Assembly: GCF_018350175.1 (NCBI RefSeq) | Contig: NC_058368.1 | Location: 130,822,001 to 130,886,000 of the forward strand | DNA length: 64,000 nucleotides | From: Felis catus | Lineage: Eukaryota | Direction: 5' to 3' | Shown here: in pieces, positions 13,211 through 25,523 of the stretch | Layout: every line of letters begins with the position of its first letter | How positions within the stretch are numbered: the stretch's first letter is position 1 | Notes under the pieces: generated by a model | The model's input: only the letters and a program-made list of their open reading frames with translations | Databases searched by the model: none | Told to the model about the DNA's origin: nothing | Program-made: the position numbers and the translations under genes

Positions 13211-13908
13211 AAATTATTCTTATTCCAATAGTAGCCAAGTGTGGGGTATCTTGCTCAAAGCAACATCATCAATGGTTTTCTTTCCCGTTGTTTAAATATA
13301 TAGAAATACTTTTTCTTCTCAAAGAGGTCAAGAATGCAGCATGGGTCCTGTGTACAATAAAGAACAAAGTAACCATCAAAACTAAAGGCAGAATGGGATT
13401 CTGCACAGGGTAGGCGATGATGTGGTTCAAAGGAATAGGTCAAGGGAGAAGGTAAGGCAGGCAACCGAGCTTCTTCCAAAAAAGACGATGTGATGAAAGA
13501 AGAATTGTAAAGACTTAAGTTGATACAAGGGAAATAGCAGTTGGTCCCATTTCACATGGAAAGTAAAGATTAGGGCACAGCTACTTGCTCAGCTCAGAAT
13601 GAATAGACTATTAATAAGTGTGCAGGAAATTTTTAAAAGTAAGAATGTCCGGAGCTACAATGAACACATTAATAGCAACAGCTACGTATTTGGTGTCAAT
13701 GTTTGCACATTCTACCATTAGCTAACTCACCGATCCTTCTCAAAACAACAACCACAATAGGCAATAGTGAGGAAGAGATTTTAGTTGTACAAATCTTATT
13801 AGAAAATATCCCTATTAGCACACTCATGCCCTGGAAATGTATCTATAAGAAGGACTTTATTAATAAAATGAAACAGAGAAGTGTTTTAAGAAATATACCA
13901 ATACTTCG

Positions 13909-14110
13909 GGGGCACTTGGGTGGCTCAGTTGGTTCACCATCTGACTTTGGCTCAGGTGGTTATCTCACGGTTCATGAGTATGAGCCCCATGTTGGACTCT
14001 GTGGTAACAGTTCAGAGTCTGGAGCCTCCTTCAGATTCTGTGACTCTCTCTCTCTCTACCCCTCTCCCACTCGTGCGCTCTCTCTCAAAAATAAATAAAA
14101 ACATTAAAAA
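13909..14110 (+). mobile_element. Can-SINE
   Basis: Head, body, A-tail. Confidence 0.9.
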
Positions 14111-14291
14111 TATCTATCAATATTTTGGTATCTACTTGACATTTGGCCACAAATACGGAATTGTGAATAAAACCTGCTGAAAAAAAGATGAATTTGAACT
14201 CTATATGGACATGACAGGTATTGTGCAAATTCCAAAATATTTGTTTCTCATTTCATCCAGGAAACTGTTAATTATTTACTTTTCAAAGTAC

Positions 14292-14712
14292 CTGCAACTC
14301 AGTGGCATGGATTTATTACAAATTCGGAAACAGATCAAAGACATGCCAAGTGAAAAGCTATGTCCATAAAATTACGGGACGTTGTAAGAGAGGGCAAGCT
14401 ATTTGTGAACAAAAATAACACACAAATATTTTGTAGAACTCCCACAGGTGTTAGCACATATGACACTTGAATGGACAAATTACAGACCACTAAACAAGGG
14501 AAAATAATATGAGCTCATGTTTTCAATGTCATGTTGAACTTTCAGGACACACTGATGATGTGGTTATTGATTCCACACCTGCAATCCCACCGGGGAAGAA
14601 GCTGTAGAACCAGGTTTGTCGATAATTGCTAGCATAGTCTCTGTCCCAGAGGGATCTGTTACCACTGTCAGGATGAGTTTAGCAGTGAGCACAATTTTAA
14701 CTAGCACACTGC
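14292..14712 (-). pseudogene. Exon remnant, C-terminal half of an RGS-like domain
   Basis: Acceptor ctcttgctgtcctacag, probable donor CAG|gtactt. AVC*LKLCSLLNSS*QW*QIPLGQRLC*QL, then in a shifted frame VLKVQHDIENMSSYYFPLF (cf. RGS 'AQ..IF.LME.DSYPRF'). 3' boundary uncertain. Confidence 0.5.
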
Positions 14713-15269
14713 CTGTAGGACAGCAAGAGTGGAGCATAATGAGGATGATAAAGAGGTGAGGATGTGGAGAAGCATACAGTTAAACTCTCTGGGTTTCACA
14801 GCCTTTCTTGGCAGACCCCATTCTGTGTTTGTTTTTTATGTCATTCCAGATTCTTGCCATTTAGTTCCACATGGGGCTTGAAACATACCTTGTAAAATTT
14901 GCAGTCTCTAGTTGCAAAGCCCATCCATAACTGACTGTATTGTATTCAGTGAGCTTTTATCTCTAATCCTTTTTGGGGGGCGGTGGGGGGGGAGCTATTT
15001 CCAGTTTGACTTAACATCTACATAAATACTTACATAAGGCCTACAAAGTTAGAGAAGTGTGTTTGAAGTGGCCTGTTGTATCTAGCAAGACATCCAGTAC
15101 ATACTTCAAATACACCACAGTCACAATAAAACTCATTCGCCCTCTCAACTTTTTAACTTACTTATACCTGTACTGATCATATTACCTTCTATAGCAAGCA
15201 AGCCCTAAATACTGGAAATGATCATTGGCTTTTTTTCTCTTTTACCCCTTGAACCAAAAGATTTTAAGG

Positions 15270-15510
15270 ACCACTGAATCCACTTCTAGAATGGTTCTTT
15301 GTCCTTCTCCTCCTTCCTGGTCTCACCACCCTCATCCTAGGCAGCCTTCTTGATTTCTTCCTGGACAACGTAATCATCCTCCAATAAATCTCCCTATTTA
15401 CAGCTTCTGTACTCCTGATACATTCTGACACCAGAAAAATCTTTTAAAACTAATCTAATTATGTCATTCACCTCCCTGAGAACCTTCGATGATTCTTCAT
15501 AGCCTGCACA
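15270..15510 (+). mobile_element. L2 fragment
   Basis: Pyrimidine-rich L2-like motifs (aatcttttaaaac..tctaattatgtcattc). Confidence 0.55.
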
Positions 15511-15720
15511 ATTATTTTTAAAACGTTTTTCTAAATGAAAACACTATTTCTTAAAAAATAACATAAAGTAAAAAGCCTGGACTACTCCATTTGAAGTAGG
15601 ATCGAAAGTGTCTCAATTGGTATTCCTCCCACTTGAACCAAGGTTATTTCTGAAGTACCAGTGTAGGAACCCTTGATGTCTAACAAGTTTAATTTGAGCT
15701 ACAGAATAACAGATACTTAC

Positions 15721-16005
15721 TTTGGCTATGTGGTCACACTTTTCCTTTCAATTATTATTTCTCGGTATTTCACTTAATGGATCTTCTATTGTGTTGGGAC
15801 AGATATTATTACCAAAACTTCCCTGTGGTTTTCCTCCCTCATTGCTTTCCCTAATGCCAGCAGTACTCCATAGTTGTGTCATCGTGCACTGAGGTAACTG
15901 AAGATCTTCAAATGCGTGCCACAAAAGGTTGATGCACAAAATTAATTTTTTCTCAAATGAGGACAAGTGCTTTTCAGCAAAGTGTGTTAGATGGAACATC
16001 TGGTG
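15721..16005 (-). pseudogene. Exon remnant (285 nt, phase 0-0), RGS-like helices 2-4
   Basis: Acceptor cttcctatattcaacag, donor AAA|gtaagt. HQMFHLTHFAEKHLSSFEKKLILCINLLWHAFEDL... with one TGA near the end (overlaps ORF 15748..16068). Confidence 0.65.
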
Positions 16006-16072
16006 CTGTTGAATATAGGAAGTTGAGAATATTAAGTAAATAAATGGCATCACCACAAGAAGATACACTTAC

Positions 16073-16174
16073 TGGATTATACCAGAACGATTTCATGGGA
16101 GACCATATTGGGGATAATGGAAAGCTCTATTCAATCGTAACAAAGTGCTAACGGGTGATTTGTGGATGCAAAGT
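16073..16174 (-). pseudogene. Exon remnant (102 nt, phase 0-0)
   Basis: Acceptor ttaatccacag, donor CCA|gtaagt. TLHPQITR*HFVTIE*SFPLSPIWSPMKSFWYNP. Confidence 0.55.
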
Positions 16175-16843
16175 CTGTGGATTAATCTAAACCCTGCAAC
16201 TATAATGCTCAAAATTGACTATTTGAGAGTATGTTATGAACATGATAAATTGGACATAACTGCTTTAATGGTGCTCCCTCTCTACATTGCCTTTTCTCTA
16301 TGTATATTCTTTTCGTCCCCATACTTTGAAACCCCTCTCAAATGCTACCTTATATTCATGAAGTTACACAAATCACCTCCCAAAATGTGGACTTTTTCTC
16401 TAGGATTCTGTACTCTTTGTTTAAAAGGATCCCAATGGATAGTGGGAAAAGAACACTGCCTAAGAATAAAATGTGAAGTTTAATTTGGGAATAGTCAAAT
16501 ACAGTCAAGGAAAGGGAGGTATCTCCAGGGGACCTGTTTGCACTGGCATGGACTATGTGTGGGGGCAGGAAGATTAATGGTATAAATCTGGTCTAGAATG
16601 ACCTACATCCAAGAGCACAACTTATCCCTGTGTCTCCAACACCATCCAAAGGAGGAGATGTCTTGGACCTAAGATTTGGTATGATAGTTCATGACACAAT
16701 ATATAATTAGCTATTTTCATTTTGAAAATATGTCTATAAGGTAATCTGTGATTCTAATTTGACCTCTCCCCATTTATATAGACACATGCATGTGCACATA
16801 GTGGCAAGAGAGAGGATGCATGGTGGAGGTAGCTAATACCTAC

Positions 16844-16915
16844 TTCAGAAAGCCTATTGTTGAAGCTTCAAGAATTGTGCAAGTTAGTTAACATGTTAGT
16901 AGCCTCAAACCTGAC
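16844..16915 (-). pseudogene. Exon remnant (72 nt, phase 0-0)
   Basis: Acceptor aaattattttctccag, donor GAA|gtaggt. VRFEATNMLTNLHNS*SFNNRLSE. Confidence 0.55.
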
Positions 16916-17084
16916 CTGGAGAAAATAATTTACACATCAAATGCAGAAAATTACACAAATAACTTCTCTCTTCGCTCAATCCCTTGAAAAGCCAATTGTT
17001 TCACATTTATCAGAACACCACCCCTAAGATAAAACATACTAAATTTTTATTTGCTAGATCATTTGTGAGGGGCACTGAACTTAC

Positions 17085-17138
17085 TGAACCTCCGGGATCT
17101 TCAAAGCTGAAACCCTGACACACACATATATAAAGAGC
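17085..17138 (-). pseudogene. Exon remnant (54 nt, phase 0-0)
   Basis: Acceptor ctactttattag, donor TCA|gtaagt. ALYICVCQGFSFEDPGGS, open. Confidence 0.5.
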
Positions 17139-17689
17139 CTAATAAAGTAGTATCATAATAACATCCGTCACTTATTGAGTACTACTATATGCCAGGCACT
17201 CAAACATATTCCCTTTTAACCACTACAATACCATCTAACCAGCAGTTAGATGTTATATAACCTTTATTTTATATGTAAGATATCTGAGGAGTTAAAGCAA
17301 TGGTCTGGAGTTTATATATTGTCTCTATGAGGATTCATGCTTGAGTTACCAAACGGCCTCCCTCTTTGACAATTCTGCCTTTCTTTTATCACAAGAGTAA
17401 ATAAGTAGGTTCAATAGTAAGCAATAGTGAATATAATTTCATCATTTATCTCATGGTCAACATTTTGTTTCTTGAAATGTTTCTAGATTAACATTAAGAC
17501 TATCATTTATCCTTTGTAGTCCTCATTTTCCTCATCTATCAAGTCAACAGATTACGATGGCACTTTTAGCTACAAAGCAATATGTTTTTTAAATTGTATT
17601 ATGGGTATAAGGGAATATCAATACCACAAAGATTCTACTGATAGAAACATGCATTCTTAATATTTTATTTTAGCTTAGTTATAAAACTT

Positions 17690-17920
17690 GGTTAAGAGGG
17701 TAAACTTTGAAGTGAGATAGCCTTGGATCTGAAATCTATGCTCATTTCTAGCCAAAAGGCTAGTAGGCAAGTTGCTAAGCTCCAAATATCTTCATTTATT
17801 TAAATCTAGTAAGCAATAATAATCTTAACACTTGCCCCAATCCTACCCAATATTGCTATAAAGAATAAATACATTAATATATGTGAATCACTCAACATAG
17901 TACCTGCTACAGAGTAACTG
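17690..17920 (+). mobile_element. MIR
   Basis: ggttaagag..actttgaagtgagatagcc..ggcaagttgctaag. Confidence 0.6.
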
Positions 17921-17965
17921 TAGTTATGACTTTATTAGTTTCGGTGATTTAGGGAAGCACATTAC

Positions 17966-18118
17966 TAATGGAAGATGATAGTGTATCACTTAAATGTTAT
18001 CCTCATTCTGTAATTCCTGTTTCTTCAGCAATGTATCATCGGGGAAAAGCACTATACAACTTTTAAATAATTTCAAAGTTATTGGCCAAAAAAAGGGCAT
18101 TAATGTATTAGTACACAG
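17966..18118 (-). pseudogene. Exon remnant (153 nt, phase 0-0) with RGS-like FFW motif
   Basis: Acceptor gtgatttttgtag, donor TTA|gtaatg. LCTNTLMPFFWPITLKLFKSCIVLFPDDTLLKKQELQNEDNI*VIHYHLPL; YINAL in the adjacent frame just before FW. Confidence 0.55.
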
Positions 18119-18159
18119 CTACAAAAATCACTGTTGACTTATCATAAATCTATTTAAAT

Positions 18160-18373
18160 TTTTTTTTCAACGTTTTTTATTTATTTTTGGGACAGAGAGA
18201 GACAGAGCATGAACGGGGGAGGGGCAGAGAGAGAGGGAGACACAGAATCGGAAACAGGCTCCAGGCTCCGAGCCATCAGCCCAGAGCCCGATGCGGGGCT
18301 CGAACTCACGGACCGCGAGATCGTGACCTGGCTGAAGTCGGACGCTTAACCGACTGTGCCACCCAGGCGCCCC
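18160..18373 (-). mobile_element. Young felid SINE
   Basis: CpG-rich; perfect TSD ataaatctatttaaat. Confidence 0.95.
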
Positions 18374-19059
18374 ATAAATCTATTTAAATAATACCTCAGA
18401 AACAAGGATGTTTTCAGTCTTTTTTGAGTACTTGATTGCCTCAATTAAATGGGTTTGAACTGAAATGACTTTACTCCAACTAGAAAATGATTAACCACAA
18501 TTATCTTAAAATATACTGCATATGTTTGATGCTCTCAGTTATTCTGTTTTTCCTCATTACAATGTAATTGCCTTGGAATTTAAAACCTTATTTAAACTGT
18601 GGAAAGTGCCTAAGTAAATACATATTTCAAGGAGAGGGCAAAGGAGGTGTATTTGCTGTATCAGAGACCTATGCTTCACTGGTCTCAACAGGCCAAATGT
18701 ATTTAGAGCTATCTTAAAAGGCCATACTCTACTAAATTTTCTCTTTGAATTACTACAAAAACCTAAGAGAGTACTTGAAAAGATGTCAGAGCAACACTCT
18801 CAGTAACTTTATTCATTTAGACATCCATCACACAAAATTGAAAAATTGTTTCATCATAAGGCTGCAGCCTCCGCAAAAGAGTGATGAGACGAACAATTGG
18901 GTGAATACTCTTGGGAACCATATGGTCTGAAAAGTAGTAAGGACCAGTCTATTAGAAAGAAAGATGGAATCTTTAGGTTGTTTTCTTAGATTCATACTAC
19001 ATGAATTTCTCTAAAATCAGGAGTCGATGGTCTAAGTTATCTCCAATCCAAAACATGTC

Positions 19060-19260
19060 AATAGAGCTTAGTGGTTAAATGCGTAGACTTTGGAATGAGA
19101 TGGATTTCAGTTCAAATCAAGTCTGTCACTCACCAGTTTGGTGATCTTGGGAAAACTGCCTTATTGCTCTACGCTTCAAGTTCACCTCTCTAATAAGAAC
19201 AACGGAGCTTACCTCATATGGTATTGGGAGACTAAAGAAGATAATACAGAATTTATAGCA
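19060..19260 (+). mobile_element. MIR
   Basis: tagtggttaa..gactttgga..gttcaaatc..gtgatcttggg. Confidence 0.65.
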
Positions 19261-19500
19261 AAATGCTGTATGTGGCTGTATTCAGCTAGGAGTACTATCC
19301 TCCCAGATTTATGTAGAGGAATGAGGCCAGATTTCAATAACTTCTATCTGTTGCCATTATTTCCTTGGTACCATACTGTAGTTTTCAATACCAGTATGAG
19401 AGGATTGAGGCAAGTTTCTTTGTGCTAGTAGGCATGTCCATTTAAAAAGAACTACATCACCATTCCACAAATGCAAAAACAATTTTTTTGCTCTCTGTAC

Positions 19501-19554
19501 CTGAGCAAATCAAGATGCAAATGAACACATCTCAAATGAGCCATATCTTATACC
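19501..19554 (-). pseudogene. Exon remnant (54 nt, phase 0-0)
   Basis: Acceptor tgtgctacttcttag, donor CAG|gtacag. GIRYGSFEMCSFAS*FAQ (cf. RGS 'KYGLAAFRAFL'). Confidence 0.55.
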
Positions 19555-19764
19555 CTAAGAAGTAGCACATATCTCTAAATGCTGATCAGGGACTTTTCCC
19601 TAGTATGGTTCACAACCACATTCTTCTTCTTTTTCTTTCTTTTTCTTTTTCTTTCTCCTCCTCCTCTTCTTCCTCTTCTTTTTTTTTAAAGATAAATGGG
19701 ATACAATTTATTTTCCTACTTCTAAAAAACATAAAGAACAAATTGTGGCTTTTATGACTTAACC

Positions 19765-19935
19765 CTATTTTTCATGTTATTACTCTTAAAAAAAACTCAA
19801 AGATCAGATCAGAGTTTTTGACCCACCAAAGAATACAATGGATATAAAGGTTTCTCTTTTTTTTACACTGAAGATATAAATCCTGAAAAACTCTGCCATA
19901 ATATTAAGAAAATCCCTCTCCAAAGAAACTTAATG
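19765..19935 (-). pseudogene. Exon remnant (3' boundary uncertain)
   Basis: Acceptor aatgttttttctatacag. Phase-2 start joins the 21041 exon: (S)IKFLWR, shifted RDFLNIMAEFF. Donor degraded. Confidence 0.4.
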
Positions 19936-20407
19936 CTGTATAGAAAAAACATTTTTTAGCATATTTCAACTTACTAAAAATCAGGGTAGAGTTGAACACT
20001 AAACCACATTTTGCCACAACCCACAATGAGAATGGGGAGCAATGATTTACATTTGTAGCTAAAAATATCTCAAGAGTTATGTCAATGAAATATCTATGCT
20101 ATTATGGTAGGTTTACTGACACTGTGTAGTGTCATTGCCCAACAGATTCTAGTAGCTGGTGTTTAAGGCATTATTTTCTTCTACTGCTCTTGCCCAACTG
20201 GAGTACATTTCACTCAATTCTTTTTACAGGAATGTCATCTCTTCACCTGTTCCCCAATCTGACTGAATCGTCAGTCCACGGTTAAAGGTTTCAATCATTA
20301 TAGTCTCTGTAAAATTTCCCTTGACTCTCTCCACACTCCTTCCTAGTGTAAACTAACTCACTTTTACCCTTACTTCTTTCTCTTTTATCTTCCTTAATGA
20401 CTTCATT

Positions 20408-20615
20408 TAAAAGTCAGTCAGAGAAGGACAGATATCATGTGGTTTCACTCATATGTGGATCTTGAGGAACTTAACAGAAGACTATGGAGGAGGGGAAGGG
20501 GAAAAATAGATACAGAGAGGCTCAAATACAGAGAACACACTCAAGGTGGGTGGTGGGGGGAAGGGAAAATGGGTGATGGGCATTGAGGAGGGCACTTGAT
20601 GGGATGAGCAATGGG
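20408..20615 (+). mobile_element. Felid L1 3'UTR fragment lacking its 3' end
   Basis: agtcagtcagagaaggacagatatc...gggatgagca. Confidence 0.85.
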
Positions 20616-20624
20616 TTATTTATT

Positions 20625-20675
<51 letters not shown>

Positions 20676-20868
20676 CAGAGACAGAGAGAGGCACAGAGCT
20701 TGAGCAGGGGAGGGGAAGAGAGAGAGAGGGAGACACAGAATCAGAAGCAGGTTCCAGACTCTGAGCTGTCAGCACAGAGCCTGATGTGGGGCTTGAACTC
20801 ACAAACTGTGAGATCGTGACCTGAGCTGAAGTCAGACATTTAACCAACAGAGCCGCTAAGGTGTCCCC
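20616..20868 (-). mobile_element. Can-SINE with expanded (GA)n
   Basis: SINE body, (GA)n at ~20628-20673, tail truncated. Confidence 0.9.
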
Positions 20869-21040
20869 TCAATAATCTCATTTATAGACAATTTTAGAGT
20901 CTTCTGAATGTTAGCAGCCATTTCTTATTTTTCACTCTCACAAAATAAAGCACAACGTTGAACATGGTAAAAGGGAGCTAATTCAGTAATAAAGTTAAGT
21001 ACAAATGCTGACAGGAAATTTTATTCCATAGTCTGTTTAC

Positions 21041-21114
21041 CTCACTGTAATCCATCTCTGAGTTAATTAAAACAATGCTTCAGAGCACTGATACAATCTT
21101 TTTAGTGTTTTAAA
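21041..21114 (-). pseudogene. Exon remnant (74 nt)
   Basis: Acceptor cttcacttatctag, donor GAG|gtaaac. FKTLKRLYQCSEALF*LTQRWITV (cf. RGS 'LF..AQ..I'). Confidence 0.5.
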
Positions 21115-21214
21115 CTAGATAAGTGAAGGTGAGCAAAAAAAGTGCACAAAACTGTTGACAAAGTTTAGTCCAGCAATTTTCAAAAGAGAAGTGATGGATA
21201 ACAATAAAGCCTAC

Positions 21215-21282
21215 CTTAAGTTTTCTATTCCATCGCTACTGCTATGCATTAAGCAGTTTTAACTATCTCTAATAACATGAAC
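21215..21282 (-). pseudogene. Exon remnant (68 nt)
   Basis: Strong acceptor ttgttttttgctttattgaatgcag, donor AAG|gtaggc, 100-nt intron to next exon; stops in all frames. Confidence 0.45.
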
Positions 21283-21817
21283 CTGCATTCAATAAAGCAA
21301 AAAACAAACACAAAGACCCAGCAAAGGAATTTGAAAATTTCATCATATAAAGGTTAAATCATTTGGCCCATAACTTTTACTGAAATTTACCTAGTGCAGA
21401 AAATTTAGTATGCTCCAATAACCCTTCCTTCTCTAGGAAATAGAGAAAGTTTCTTCTAGGCTTCTCTAGGAAGCCTTCACCAAATATTAAAAAGTGGAAA
21501 CTTCCTCTGAACTTATTCTGATTGAATATGCAATTTGCTTTTCACTCATGCCTGACTCCCCATCTGCTCATAATAGAAATACAGCACTATCTTTGTGTAG
21601 CTCTTCCAGTATTTATATAAATGGATAGATAGACAAGCAGACGGAGGGATGAATGGATGGATAGATAGAGAGAAAGATACAGATATAGATGGAGATACAT
21701 AAAAACCCAAGTCTGCGATTTGGAACTATGCCTAGGGATCAGGTTTACTTCATATAGAATGTTTATAACACACACACATACACACCTCTGGGCAATAGTT
21801 TCAGTGCACAGACTTAC

Positions 21818-21883
21818 TCTGTGACACTATGAAAAGGTTCAATGTTCTCACCAGGAAGGTGGGCTACAGCACGTAACTCTCTT
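21818..21883 (-). pseudogene. Possible exon remnant (66 nt)
   Basis: Acceptor ttccacttttgtacttactag, donor AGA|gtaagt, one open frame RELRAVAHLPGENIEPFHSVT. Confidence 0.4.
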
Positions 21884-22075
21884 CTAGTAAGTACAAAAGT
21901 GGAACTTATACACACATACATCCACCTATCAAATGCTTCTCAGCAAAAAGAACAAATACATCATGATGTGACTAGCCCAGATTCTCTGAGAAGAGAAATA
22001 TGCTGTGAGAATAAAGATCCCCATTGTTGGGGATAGGGATTAGGAGAATTCACTTATCCTGTTAGTTTCACTAAT

Positions 22076-22122
22076 ATTCTTCTTGCCAATTCTTCTTGCC
22101 AATTCTTCTTGCCAATTCTTCT
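22076..22122. repeat. 13-bp tandem repeat x3.6
   Basis: attcttcttgcca repeated. Confidence 0.9.
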
Positions 22123-22204
22123 CCACCGGTTTTGGCATTTACCATTCATTAATTATCTAAGTGTGTGATATGTAAGTTCCATGAATATGTAAAATATAAA
22201 AATT

Positions 22205-22334
22205 TTTAGTATGTATATGTTTTCACAGATTTATATGTGTAAAACATCTGTATGTAAATAATGTATATGTGTAAAACATATATATACACATACATATATA
22301 CATATATGTGTATACATAGATAGATACATACATG

Positions 22335-22367
<33 letters not shown>

Positions 22368-22382
22368 ATACACACACACACG
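22205..22382. repeat. (TA)n/(CA)n low-complexity microsatellite
   Basis: Seen directly. Confidence 0.9.
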
Positions 22383-22429
22383 CATGTGCTTAACTTTCAT
22401 CTAATAAGTAAATCGACTCCATGTTGAAT

Positions 22430-23403
22430 CTTCTAACATATGTAAAAACTGCAGTTTTTTACTGTAAGCTCCTTAACATAAATCTTGGTCATGGTTTTTT
22501 GTATGTAACACCAAAAGCAAAAGCACCAAAAGCAAAAATAAACAAGTGGGACTACATCAGACTAAATACCTTCTGAATACCATAGGAAGCCATCAACAGA
22601 ATAAAAAAGCAACCTATTGAATAATAGAAAATATTTATAAATCATAGCTTATAAGAGATTGATATCCAAAATATATGAAGAACTCATACACATCAATAGC
22701 AAAAAAATAAATTGAAAATGGGAAGAAAATCCAAATAAATATTTTTCCAAAAAGCACAGACAGCCAGCATACACATGAAAAGATGATCATCACTCCTAAC
22801 CACGGAAATCCAAGTCAAAACTACAATGAGATTATCACCTCACACCTGTTAGAATGGCTATTATCAAAGGGATGAAGTAAGAAGCATCATTGAAGACACA
22901 GAAAAAAATGGAACCTTCATGCTCTACTGGTGGGAATATATATTGGTGCAGCCACCATAGAAAGAGTACAGCAGTTCCTCAAAAAGTTAAAAATACAACT
23001 ACCATATGATCCAGCAATTTGACCTCTGGACATTATCCAAAGAAAATTAAAACACTAACTCAAAAATGCATATTCGGGGCACCTGGGTAGCTCAGTTGGT
23101 TAAGCATCCAACTTGGGCTCAGGTCATGATCTCAGGGTTCATGAGTTCTAGCTCCATGATGGGCTCTGTGCTGACAGCTCAGAGCCTGGAGCCTGCTTCA
23201 GATCCTGTGTTTCCCTCTCTCTCTGCCCCTCCCCTGCTCTCACTCTTTTCCTCTCTGCTTCTCAAAAATAAACAAACATTAAAAAATTTTTTGAAAAAAA
23301 TGTGTATTCCCTTCATGTTTATTGCAGCATTATGTACAATAGCCAAGATCCAGAAACAAGCTAAGTGTCCACTGATGGATGAGTGAGTGGATAAGGAAGA
23401 TGT

Positions 23404-23448
<45 letters not shown>

Positions 23449-23957
23449 CTTGACTTAATATTCAGTTATAAAAAACAATGATATATTGGCATTTGTGACA
23501 CATAGATGGACCCTGAGGGCAAAATGCCTGTTGAAGTACGTCAGACAGAGAAAGACAAATACTATATGATCCCATTTATATGTGGAATCTAAAACAACAA
23601 CAAAACCCTAAAAGCCAAGTTCATAAATAGAGTCAACAGGTTAGTGGAGACACAGGGGTGAGAGTGGGTGAAGTGGGTGAAGGGGTTAAAAGGTATAGCC
23701 TTTGTTATAAGTGAATCATAGGAATGTAATATACAGCCTGATGACTACAGTTACTAAAACTGTATTACCTACATGAAAGTTGCTAAGAGAATAGACCTTG
23801 TAAGGTCTCAGCACTAGAACAAAAATTATGCAAACTATAGAAGTACGTTGACTAGACTTAATGTAGTGATTAAACAACATATATAAGTAGCAAATCATTC
23901 TATTACACACCTTAAATCTAATGTTATACATGAATTATGCCTAAATTAAAAAAAATA
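22430..23957 (+). mobile_element. Older L1 (ORF2 3' part + 3'UTR) containing a SINE and (TG)n
   Basis: acaagtgggactacatc...cacacctgttagaatggc...3'UTR; (TG)n at ~23405-23446. Confidence 0.85.
23076..23296 (+). mobile_element. Can-SINE
   Basis: TSD aaaatg(ca/tg)tattc. Confidence 0.9.
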
Positions 23958-24257
23958 TAATGCGTGCTATGATTAAAATAGATATTTGGATGTATAATTA
24001 AGGAAAACATTAGAATACAATATTAAGGGCATCAGGAAACTGAGAAGGTTTGAGACTGGAGTTCACTGTAAACTTTGCCAAACATGCAAAATTTTATTTA
24101 CAGAAAGACTCATAGAGATCTATTGTGCAAGCCCACAGTGATGTTGGAAATAAATCAGGGCTTCAAATGTCACACTCCTTTCTTTTTTCCCACCAAAGTT
24201 ACTTAAGTTAGTAAACATACTATGCATCCAACCCAATGACTTCCCTTATGACCTATT

Positions 24258-24503
24258 TTAGATGGGACATCACTATGGTACTGCCCTCAGCACTTCTGGC
24301 TCTCAGGGCCTTAAGACAGTCTGGAATCTACATCACCGGCTGTCAGGCCTTGTAACTACTGTCTGCTTTGCTGGATCGGCAGCTCATGGATGCTGGATCA
24401 TGGGACTTCTCAGCCTCCGCCATCATGTGAATGAATGCTTTACAATAAATCTCTTTCCAGACATAGCACCGGTTTGGTTTCTCTGGAGGACCCAGACTAC
24501 TAT
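24258..24503 (+). mobile_element. ERVL LTR fragment (MLT2-like)
   Basis: atcatgggacttctcagcctcc...aataaatctc...tttctctggaggacccagact. Confidence 0.7.
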
Positions 24504-25041
24504 AGCATGTGAAGAACTTCTTCTTAACATTTCTTCAGCAGTACACGTATAAAAAATAAATGCTATGTCTTCGTTTTTAAGATCGTAAGAAACCAAGATT
24601 TTGAGAGGTTCGAGCAAAAGTGAATTTTATCTCATCTCAACTTTTCAGAATTGTCTTTAAGTTGCAGGACAAGCAGAAAGGCAGAGGGTCGTGATAAAAC
24701 TCATCCGAACGATCATCCTTAGATAAATACTACCTCCTGTCTCCCTCTTGCACCTTCACTGAATTTGGGATGCTACTTTTGTTTGTTTTAATAAACCCTA
24801 GGTTTGAAGCGCAGTTATTTCTTCTTTTTTTTCTTCCCCTAACTTTTATCCTAAGAAAGCCACTACCACAGAATACTTCATTTCTGTTAACACAGAGTAA
24901 TTTTACCACGTAAGAATAGATCTGAGAGACTTCTCTGTGGGACAGTCACTTATTCCACCCAGGCCTGTCATTTCTGTAATTGTGGCAGCCTTATGAGCTC
25001 AGGGGACTCTGTTTCCTCTCCATTACACTTACATTACTCAC

Positions 25042-25212
25042 CGATGTCAAGAAGCCCATGTTGTTCTAATTCTCTTTTTAAGTGGCCAAAATCAAGATAA
25101 TTAAATGTTATTATTTTCAAGCGGTCTTTTTCAAATGTTCAACTCATCTAACATGAATGAGATGACCAACCTACTTACTGATAACTGTACACGGTTAAAT
25201 TCCCAATGGAGA
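25042..25212 (-). pseudogene. Exon remnant (171 nt, phase 1-1)
   Basis: Strong acceptor tatttcttctttctacag, donor TCG|gtgagt. Ends ...TFEKDRLKIITFNYLDFGHLKRELEQHGLLDI; three stops upstream. Confidence 0.5.
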
Positions 25213-25307
25213 CTGTAGAAAGAAGAAATACATATGTGGAGTATGAAGTGATAGTATTTTTTCTACATTGTTTAATAAAACCTATTTTTGTTATGCGTGG
25301 TTCATCT

Positions 25308-25523
25308 TTTTTTAATTTAAAAAATGTTTAACGTTTATTTATTTTTGAGAGACAGAGCGTGAGTAGGGGAGAGGCAGAGAGAGAGGGAGACAAAGAATCT
25401 GAAGCAGGCTTCAGGCTCTGAGCTGTCAGCACAGAGCACGACATGGAGCTCGAACTCACAGACCCGAGATCATGACCTGAGCCAAAGTCATACGCTTAAA
25501 CAACTGAGCCACACAGGCACCCC
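25308..25523 (-). mobile_element. Can-SINE
   Basis: Full SINE, reverse orientation. Confidence 0.9.

Noticed and set aside
22076..22122. Short direct repeats as a CRISPR-like array
   Set aside because: Contiguous 13-bp tandem with no spacers, in mammalian DNA
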